A stretch of DNA of 64,000 bases from Spirochaetia bacterium (lineage in GTDB: Bacteria > Spirochaetota > Spirochaetia > DSM-16054 > Sediminispirochaetaceae), in NCBI GenBank assembly GCA_034520965.1, contig JAXHMY010000002.1, forward strand, positions 1-64,000. The letters are read 5' to 3'. The notes beneath the pieces are model-generated. The model was not told where the DNA came from and made no database searches. It was given only the letters and a program-made list of their open reading frames with translations. Positions 55,868-64,000 of the stretch are shown here, piece by piece (positions within the stretch are counted from its first letter, which is position 1; each line of letters begins with the position of its first letter). The translations under genes and the position numbers were made by a program.

Positions 55868-56905
55868 ATGAACGCACATAAGGTGATAATTGGCGATGTT
55901 CCGATAGGCGGAGGTACACCGGTAGCAGTGCAGACCATGTGGAAAGATCCGCTTACCCATAACCTGCAGCCTGTTGTTGACCAGCTGATACGGTTAAAAC
56001 AAGTAGGATGTGCCTTTGTTCGCTTCGCCGTACCGAATGAGGCTGCGGCTCATTTGTTAATAGAGCTCGCCCATAAAAGCCCTCTTCCTTTGGTTGCGGA
56101 TATTCATTACGATTATCGTCTTGCTTTGCAGTGTATCCAAGGGGGAATTGATAAGATTAGAATCAACCCAGGCAATATCGGTGCGCGATGGAAAGTAGAC
56201 GAGGTAATAAGGGCTGCCGCCGATACAATGATACCTATTCGGGTGGGTGTAAACAGCGGATCTCTACCGAAGAATCTAAGGCAAGAGACGGATATCCCGC
56301 GGGCGATGGTCACCGCTGCAGAAATAGAGATGGAAACCTTTCAGCAGCTTAACTACGAGAGTATTGTGTTTTCATTAAAAGCTTCCGACATTAATACTAC
56401 CGTGCATGCAAATGAACTGTTTGCCGAAAAATATCCATATCCACTTCACCTCGGTGTAACCGAGGCTGGTCCGCTTATTCCGGGAATCGTTAAGAGCAGT
56501 GTTGCCATGGTAAAGCTGTTGGAAAAGGGAATCGGAGATACCCTCAGAGTAAGCCTTTCGGATACTCCAATGAACGAGGTTATCACCGGCATAGAGATAT
56601 TAGGTGCCGCCGGTATGGGAATGAGCAGGCCGACCATCATTTCTTGTCCCCGATGCGGCCGAGCAAGCTTTGATACCCACAGTTTTGCAGAAAAACTGGC
56701 ACCGGTACTTTACGGTTTAGAAAAAAATATTACAGTTGCGATAATGGGCTGTGTGGTCAATGGCCCAGGCGAGGCACGTCACGCGGATCTCGGCATTACC
56801 GGTGCGGGAAAAGAGATTATACTTTTTAAGCATGGTGAAATACTGCGAAAAGTAAAAGAAGAGGAAGCCTTTGATACTTTTGTAGAGGAGTTGGAAAAGC
56901 TGTGA
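55868..56905 (+). CDS. ispG: HMBPP synthase
   Basis: VAVQTM, LVADIHYD, RINPGNIG, LHLGVTEAG, GDTLRVSL, SCPRCGR, MGCVVNGPGE. Confidence 0.96.
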   Translation: MNAHKVIIGDVPIGGGTPVAVQTMWKDPLTHNLQPVVDQLIRLKQVGCAFVRFAVPNEAAAHLLIELAHKSPLPLVADIHYDYRLALQCIQGGIDKIRINPGNIGARWKVDEVIRAAADTMIPIRVGVNSGSLPKNLRQETDIPRAMVTAAEIEMETFQQLNYESIVFSLKASDINTTVHANELFAEKYPYPLHLGVTEAGPLIPGIVKSSVAMVKLLEKGIGDTLRVSLSDTPMNEVITGIEILGAAGMGMSRPTIISCPRCGRASFDTHSFAEKLAPVLYGLEKNITVAIMGCVVNGPGEARHADLGITGAGKEIILFKHGEILRKVKEEEAFDTFVEELEKL

Positions 56906-57864
56906 ACACACGACTGAAGTTGCTTGTAATCACCTGTGGTATAGCCGGTTTTATATTTTTTAATACCTCTTTTCTATTCAGCCAAAATAAGCCCCTTCCG
57001 CAATGGCTTAAGATGGAACAAGGTATTCAGAGTTACGATGAGGGGCAGCTGGGAACCGCTTTGTCCATTTTTAGAACAATTGCCGAAGATGACCCCCAAT
57101 ATGCAAATGTACATATGTGGATTGGCCATGTATTCGCCGCTGAGGGTGAGTACAAGGCTGCTATGGCCAAATATGAAGACGCCCTTTTCGATGAGCGCAA
57201 TTTTTTTCCCCAATCCGAACGCATAAATGCCTACTACAGTTTAGCTGAGGTTGCTCGAAGGCTTGAAGAATGGGAGCGCATGCATGGGTATCTTCAATCT
57301 ATTGTTGATGAAGCAATGACAGACCCTCTGCCGGCAGAACGAGTTGAGGCAATGCGGAGGAAATTTCTGAACGAAGGCCCGGATAAGCTGTTGGAGCTTT
57401 ACCGTATTAACGATAAACCGGTCCGCGCGGCCTATGAACAGCTTGGTATTCTAGCACTTCAACAGGGAAATTACCACAACGCACTACAGAATCTGCTCTT
57501 GTCTGTTACAACCTCCCTTTCTTTAGTTATAGAGGTTCTGCAGGAACGGGATCCTGAATATATATTTATACAATACGAGATGAACCCCGGACTTGAACGT
57601 TTTTTTACACGCAATACTGCTTCACTGCTGAAAGAATCCAGAGAGGTTCCGCATATAAAAGAGTACTTCAATTCGATCGGTTTATATCGTCAACTTTACT
57701 TATTAGGCATGGCAATGCTGGGAAGCGATGCAGAGGAAGCGGCGAAAGAAATTTGGACTCTCGTAGCGACACATTCCGAAGCAGGAAAATGGGCAAATCT
57801 TTCGCGGAACCAGTTAGGTTCCCCGAGTTTGGAAGTACTGCCCACAGTGCTCCACTACAGGTAA
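56902..57864 (+). CDS. Exported TPR-repeat protein
   Basis: Signal-like N-terminus and TPR-like helical pairs ([32 protein letters not shown]). Confidence 0.7.
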   Translation: MNTRLKLLVITCGIAGFIFFNTSFLFSQNKPLPQWLKMEQGIQSYDEGQLGTALSIFRTIAEDDPQYANVHMWIGHVFAAEGEYKAAMAKYEDALFDERNFFPQSERINAYYSLAEVARRLEEWERMHGYLQSIVDEAMTDPLPAERVEAMRRKFLNEGPDKLLELYRINDKPVRAAYEQLGILALQQGNYHNALQNLLLSVTTSLSLVIEVLQERDPEYIFIQYEMNPGLERFFTRNTASLLKESREVPHIKEYFNSIGLYRQLYLLGMAMLGSDAEEAAKEIWTLVATHSEAGKWANLSRNQLGSPSLEVLPTVLHYR

Positions 57865-57868
57865 TTCC

Positions 57869-60685
57869 ATGGATAAAATCATAATAAAGGGTGCTCGTCA
57901 GCATAATTTAAAAAATATTGATATAGAGTTACCGCGGGACGCGCTCATTGTTGTGTCGGGTATGAGCGGTTCAGGAAAGTCCTCTTTGGCCTTCGATACT
58001 ATCTATGCCGAGGGTCAGCGTCGCTATGTAGAGTCCCTGTCATCATATGCACGCCAGTTTCTTGGACGAATGGAAAAGCCGGATATCGATTATATCGAGG
58101 GCTTGTCGCCGGCCATTTCGATTGAACAAAAAACTACCCATCGTAATCCACGCTCTACGGTCGGTACGGTCACCGAGATATATGACTATTTTAGGTTGCT
58201 GTGGGCAAGGGTGGGGCACCCGCACTGCCCCGTGTGCGGTCGACCGATTCAAGAGCAATCGGTTGACCAAATACTCGACACAATTCTTACCTTTCCAACC
58301 GGAACAAAACTTATGATTTTGGCGCCCCTGGTGCGTGGAAAAAAAGGGGAACATCAGAAGATAATTGAAGATATCCAGAAGGCAGGGTTTGTCCGCGTTC
58401 GCATCGACGGCAAAATTTACTCTTTAGATGAAGAAATACATCTGGAAAAAAAACAGAAACATGATATAGACGTAGTGGTAGCACGGGTAAAAATAGACCC
58501 TGAGTCCCGCAAACGGATCGCCGAGGCGGTAGAGACTGCTCTGGAAGTGGCCGATGGTACTCTGGTTGCCGTTAGTAAAACCGACGAAGGAGAGGGGGAA
58601 CACTTTTTTTCTCAGAAGAATGCCTGTCCAATCTGCGGAATAAGCCTGCCCGAGCTGCAGCCCAGTCTGTTCTCATTTAACAATCCCAATGGTGCATGCG
58701 GAACCTGTTCCGGTATCGGCGATACCCTGGAGTTTGACCCCGACCTGGTGGTGCCGGATAAACACCTGTCTTTCAACCAGGGCGCCATTGCAACCGCTAA
58801 CCCCGAAGCTGCCTGGCACCGCAGCTGGTTTGAGTCTTTAGCCGAACATTATAATTTCAGTCTTGAGACTCCCTTTAATGAGCTGCCGGAAGAGATTTAC
58901 ACTATTCTTCTGCATGGAAGCGATGACGAGATCCACGTAAACTATGTCAGCGAACGTCGTCAGGGCCGCTTTGAATACAACTCAAAGTTTAACGGAGTAT
59001 TGAACGATCTTAAACGGCGCTACCTAGAAACGAAATCCGATGGAGTAAAAAACTGGCTGGAACAATTCATGAGCCAGAAAAAGTGTCCCACCTGCGGCGG
59101 GACACGGCTAAAACCGGAGGCTCTCTCGGTATATGTGGGCGGCTTGGATATTCACAGTGCAACTCTGATGGCAGTCGACACGGCCTACGATTTTTTTAGC
59201 AGCATTTCCCTGGATGAAACCGAGCAGAAAATTTCCACACAAATTATGAAGGAAATTCTCAGTCGGCTGGAATTTATGAAAAGTGTAGGCTTAGAATACC
59301 TTACACTGGAACGTAAGGCCGCCACCCTATCCGGAGGCGAGGCACAGCGGATACGACTTGCAACCCAGATCGGCTCCTCCCTGGTGGGTGTGTTGTATAT
59401 TCTGGATGAACCGACGATTGGTCTGCACCAGCGGGATAATGAGCGACTGATTGATACCTTGAAGCATCTGCGGGACCTCGGTAATACTTTGATTGTAGTA
59501 GAACATGACGAGATGACCCTGCGTACCGCCGATTATATTGTCGACCTTGGTCCAGGTGCAGGAATTCACGGAGGGCACATAATTGCACAGGGAAATCTTC
59601 AGGATATTCTTCAAAACGATGAGAGTTTAACCGGAAGATACCTGAACGGAAAAGAGACGATTAAAGGCCCCTCTACTCGCAGAACCGGCAAGGGGACTTC
59701 ACTTTTGTTAAGAGGTGCGCAAGAACATAACCTAAAAAACATTGAGGTAGAGTTCCCTCTGGGAAAGTTAATCGGCATTACCGGCGTATCAGGTTCCGGA
59801 AAATCGACGCTCATGAACGACTTACTCTATCCGGCCCTCTCTAACCGGGTAGGCAGAACCCACCTTACAGAAGGCAGTTATTCGAGTCTCGAGGGCGAAG
59901 AGCACGTTGATAAGATTATCAATATTGATCAGGCCCCTATCGGGAGGACACCCCGCTCCAATCCCGCAACTTATGTAGGAATGTTCACTCCAATAAGAGA
60001 GTTATTTGCAGCCCTTCCGGAAGCTAAAGCCCGCGGGTATAAACCCGGACGTTTCTCTTTTAATGTAGCCGGCGGTCGCTGTGAGCACTGTCATGGCGAT
60101 GGTACGATTAAAATCGAGATGCACTTTTTACCGGATGTATATGTGACCTGCGATGTGTGCAAGGGCAAACGGTTTAATCAGGAAACCCTTGATGTTCGTT
60201 ACAAGGGAAAAAACATACATGACATTTTAGAGATGGATGTGGAGGAAGCCCGGAGTTTCTTTACAAAGATTCCTGCGGTTAAACGCAGGCTTGATACTCT
60301 GCACGCGGTTGGACTAGATTACATAAAGTTGGGTCAATCGGCACTCACCCTCTCGGGGGGTGAGGCACAGCGGGTTAAGCTTAGTCTTGAGCTTTCGAAG
60401 CGCAGTACAGGAAAAACTCTTTATATACTTGATGAACCTACTACAGGCTTACATTTTGCCGATGTAAAAAAGCTTATGGAAGTACTGCATGCCCTGGTTG
60501 ATCGCGGCAACACGGTAATATTGATTGAACATAATCTCGATGTAATTAAACAGGCCGATCATGTGATTGATCTTGGCCCTGAGGGCGGTAAAAACGGTGG
60601 ACAAATTGTGGCAGCCGGAACGCCGGAAGAAATAGTGAGGGTAGAGCAGTCATATACGGGGCGTTTTTTACGGGATGTACTCTAA
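57869..60685 (+). CDS. uvrA: Excinuclease ABC subunit A
   Basis: Two GSGKS Walker A motifs, two LSGGEAQR signatures, zinc fingers, [11 protein letters not shown]. Confidence 0.98.
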   Translation: MDKIIIKGARQHNLKNIDIELPRDALIVVSGMSGSGKSSLAFDTIYAEGQRRYVESLSSYARQFLGRMEKPDIDYIEGLSPAISIEQKTTHRNPRSTVGTVTEIYDYFRLLWARVGHPHCPVCGRPIQEQSVDQILDTILTFPTGTKLMILAPLVRGKKGEHQKIIEDIQKAGFVRVRIDGKIYSLDEEIHLEKKQKHDIDVVVARVKIDPESRKRIAEAVETALEVADGTLVAVSKTDEGEGEHFFSQKNACPICGISLPELQPSLFSFNNPNGACGTCSGIGDTLEFDPDLVVPDKHLSFNQGAIATANPEAAWHRSWFESLAEHYNFSLETPFNELPEEIYTILLHGSDDEIHVNYVSERRQGRFEYNSKFNGVLNDLKRRYLETKSDGVKNWLEQFMSQKKCPTCGGTRLKPEALSVYVGGLDIHSATLMAVDTAYDFFSSISLDETEQKISTQIMKEILSRLEFMKSVGLEYLTLERKAATLSGGEAQRIRLATQIGSSLVGVLYILDEPTIGLHQRDNERLIDTLKHLRDLGNTLIVVEHDEMTLRTADYIVDLGPGAGIHGGHIIAQGNLQDILQNDESLTGRYLNGKETIKGPSTRRTGKGTSLLLRGAQEHNLKNIEVEFPLGKLIGITGVSGSGKSTLMNDLLYPALSNRVGRTHLTEGSYSSLEGEEHVDKIINIDQAPIGRTPRSNPATYVGMFTPIRELFAALPEAKARGYKPGRFSFNVAGGRCEHCHGDGTIKIEMHFLPDVYVTCDVCKGKRFNQETLDVRYKGKNIHDILEMDVEEARSFFTKIPAVKRRLDTLHAVGLDYIKLGQSALTLSGGEAQRVKLSLELSKRSTGKTLYILDEPTTGLHFADVKKLMEVLHALVDRGNTVILIEHNLDVIKQADHVIDLGPEGGKNGGQIVAAGTPEEIVRVEQSYTGRFLRDVL

Positions 60686-63600
60686 ACAGGTGAAAGTAAC
60701 ACTCAAAATAATACTCATATGTACAGTCCTGCTGACCGTGTGGAGCCTGCAGCTTTCTGCACAGACAGTTTCCGCCGAAACGGATACGGATGCGCACTCA
60801 CCGGAAGACCTAATTAAAGAGACAATCTACCTCGATATTACCACATCTAACTACTATGAACTTCAAGGATGGCTGCAGAATCTCGACCTTCAACAAAAAG
60901 GAAGTCGGCAGGATTTAGAGAATCGTCTATTGGAATATTACCGCACTTTGTTTAGCGAGGTACCTCGCACCAATTTCAAAGAACCCTCTTCCGATTCTTC
61001 GAAAACTGGTGTAAACAACATCCAAATAGAATCGGCACAGGAATTAAAGTACATACCTCAAGGGGAAGAACAAGCACTTATAGAGCTGGACGGCGGGGTT
61101 AGTTTGTACATGCGGGACACCGAAGGCAATACAAGCCATTCTGTTACCGCAAAAACTCTGCTTTTTAATCAGCAAAAGAACAGCATTACTGCGCAGGGCG
61201 GGGTCCTTTATAGGATGGAACAGGATGGATCCGACCAGGAATTTCAGGGCGAACAGATAAGCTTCAATATAGAGAATTACAGTGGTGTGTTTATCCGGGG
61301 GATGAGCAGTAGAGTAAGTGAAATCGAAGAAAATCAAATTAATTTCTATTTTAAAGGCGGTTCCATTTACCGTATAAAAAGAGATATTGTTCACCTAGAA
61401 AATGGAATCATCAGTTCAAGTCGTATCGAAAGCCCATATTACCACATTTCTGCCGGGAATGTGTGGATTCTCGGATTAAATGAATGGGCCCTGCAGAATG
61501 CCACTCTGTATGTGGGACATATACCGCTTCTATATGTCCCTTTTTATTACCGTCCCGGTGCCTCTTTTGTACTGCATCCATCAGTTGGGGTCAAAACAGT
61601 CGAAGGGTATTATTTCCAGACAACTACCTATTTTCTCGGCCGACAACCGGAGGAGTTGAGAAAACAATCATCCCTCTCATTTATGCAGGCATTGGATGAG
61701 GAAAAGCAGGAATACAATCAGGAACTGCGAGGTTTTTTTTTACATAGTACCCGCAAAAAGACAGAACCAAGTTGGGCTGAAAGCACCGGCTCTTTTGGAA
61801 AATTACAGGTTGACTATTATTCACGCTTGGGTATGCTCTCGGCCTTAAACTTTAAAGTGCGCAAGCTCGGATGGATAGATAAACTTGACTTACTGGCGGG
61901 AATCGGCCTCACCAACTATATTTATCCACTGTCTAATTACCCGGGCACCTACACAAGCTTTACGTTTGATCCAACCACCAAGCAATACAGCAGCGCTCCA
62001 CAAAACTCATATTTTTTTGGCACCGAATTACCCTTCCGTTTTAGTTTCGACCTGGAGCTTGAATATAAAAGAGATAGCTTTCGTACGAGCTTGAAAGCCC
62101 CCCTCTATACAGACCTTCAACTGCATGATCAGTTGCGAAACCGTGACGAAACTTTGGGATGGGCCAAATTACTTACCGGCGAAGAAATTCAGGAGACCAG
62201 CGACACATCCGAATTTACAAACCCGAAGTTTTACCAGCATACTACTTTCCGCTGGAGTTTAGCGGAAAAATCAAAATATATTGATAGTTTTAATATTAGC
62301 AAAATTGATTCACGTTTAACACTTTCCCAAAATAAGTTGGATGCTGACGAAGGCAGTCTTAATCAAATCGGTTACTGACTATCCGCAAACTTTCACTCCC
62401 TTAGACGTTGGTCTGAGTATACAGGGCACCTTGATTAGCGAAAAAGATAGAGCTGTGCAGGAGGAAAACGCCATAGACTCCCGTGCAGAGAAAGATCCAA
62501 GCCTTTCGGCTAAAGTAAGACCTCCATGGAAAATTCCTGATGAGGAGAAGCCCCGGGATCAGGATAGCTCGAAATATAAACTGCCCTCACAGAGCGGTTC
62601 AATTCCTCTTCCCAAGAAAAAAGTACTACCGATGTTTGCACATGACATGCATTATGCCCTGACCCCAGGTCTTTCTTACCATACCCAATACGACACATCT
62701 GTCGCAGCTCCCGAAGAGGTTAACTTTTCACCCCTTTATTCATATGTCTTTACCGATGGAATAGCGAACATTGCTTATGGGGTTGATCTGTTTAGAAATT
62801 CACTTCAATTTGATCAGACAACCAAATTTCGTGGCCGCTACCGGGATCATTACGCGGAAGAAGAGGGGTTTGATTTAGAAAGTCTCATTGAGCAGGATAA
62901 GTCACTAAGCTACTTTTCAGTGTTCAGTATCTCTGATGTAAAATATTTTTTTTGGCTGCAGCAGCCGGGCTTTTCAAAATCGTATACGAAGTATTCTATC
63001 GAAACCAAGTTATATCGTTACACTTATAATTCTGAGAACCGCAGGTTCGAACGAGCTCTGCCGGAATGGAATACCGAGAGTATACAAAACCACACTTCCG
63101 AAGTCCGGTTTGTATATGACGGCCTGTTCGGACAACAAGCCCTGTATACAATTTACAGAATGCCTCCGGACATGCAGCGAATTACCAGCGGAGTGAGCTT
63201 TGAATATAAGCTGCTGGAAGCCTCCGCTGAAGGGGAATACACGGAATTGCAGGATGAAACCTGGGAATTTGGTCCCCTTGCACTGGATAGTCGCCTTGTT
63301 TTCAACAAATCGAACAGCCTGAGCCAAAATTTCATTCTTTTACATCCCACTGCTGGACGCGAAAAGAGTATTTCTACCCTGGATCTGAACTTTTTTTCCA
63401 ATTCTCTGGGATTGTACGAACAATTTGAATGGAACTTAAGCGAAAACAGACCTGAAAAGAGCTTAAGTAAGGTCAAATTCTGGTGGTTAACCGGTGCTTT
63501 TGAAATGCGGCATACCGAAGGCTACAGCTTTTCTACTCCGGACGGATGGAAGGCGGATGCAGAAAAGAGCTTTCAGCCGTACCAGTTGTCCGCTCAACTG

Positions 63601-64000
63601 AAAGTGCCCGTCGAACCTGAACCGTTTTGGAAGGGTAGAATTAATTTGTCTTCAAGTCTTAGTTCCGCCCTGCAGTTGAACTTGCTACGGTATACCGACA
63701 GTATTCTCCAGTTTTCCTGGGACACAAAGCTTGGAATTGCTGAGTTTTTAGATCTAAAATTCAGTATAACCTCATCTAATAGCTCTATTTACAGGTACTT
63801 TCCCTCTTTTGTTGATGAACTTGGAGTGTCCAGGCTGAATGTGGGTGAGGACCTGCTAAAATCTTTTAACTTTTTTAACCCAGATGACCGTCGTGAATCT
63901 AATTTCAACCTGCATGACATATCCTTTTCCCTTGTCCACTATATGCACGATTGGCAGCTCAATATGGAGTACAAGGGAGGCCCCGAATTGAATTCGGAAT
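60675..64000 (+). CDS. LptD-like outer-membrane/LPS-assembly protein; frameshift near 62376, runs off the window
   Basis: Signal peptide, beta-jellyroll-like N-terminus ([31 protein letters not shown]). The beta-rich reading continues in another frame toward the end of the window. Confidence 0.6.

Overview
Chromosomal window from a bacterium that looks like a Spirochaetia/Spirochaetales member. This is inferred from the V/A-ATPase gene order E-DUF2764-A-B-D-I-K, a spirochaete-type EF-G2, and conserved hypotheticals. Bases 1-15.3 kb are an accessory region ending at the 3' side of tRNA-Val(CAC). It holds a transglutaminase-like gene, a decayed GNAT, three tandem mosaic REC-PAS/PocR-HisKA_2 sensor kinases separated by a conserved ~250-bp spacer, and a Cache-domain kinase cut by an IS21 element with a 5-bp target duplication. 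Part of that spacer recurs, inverted, beside the tRNA. The rest is mostly housekeeping: 2-hydroxyacid dehydrogenase, AEC transporter, a YtrA-type ABC operon, tRNA-Asn, a radical SAM enzyme, PilZ, mfd, ptsP, trmB, gltA, two EF-G paralogs, tRNA-Val(TAC), yggS, rluD, murI, rsgA, mutS2, the V/A-ATPase operon, ispG, uvrA and an LptD-like gene. Between the two EF-G genes sit two nested IS elements: an IS1634-family element with a ~90-bp target duplication and an unusual IS1-like element. Single-base frameshifts and two garbled stretches occur even in core genes. These are probably read/assembly errors, so pseudogene calls based on frameshifts alone are unreliable. No CRISPR array or rRNA was seen.
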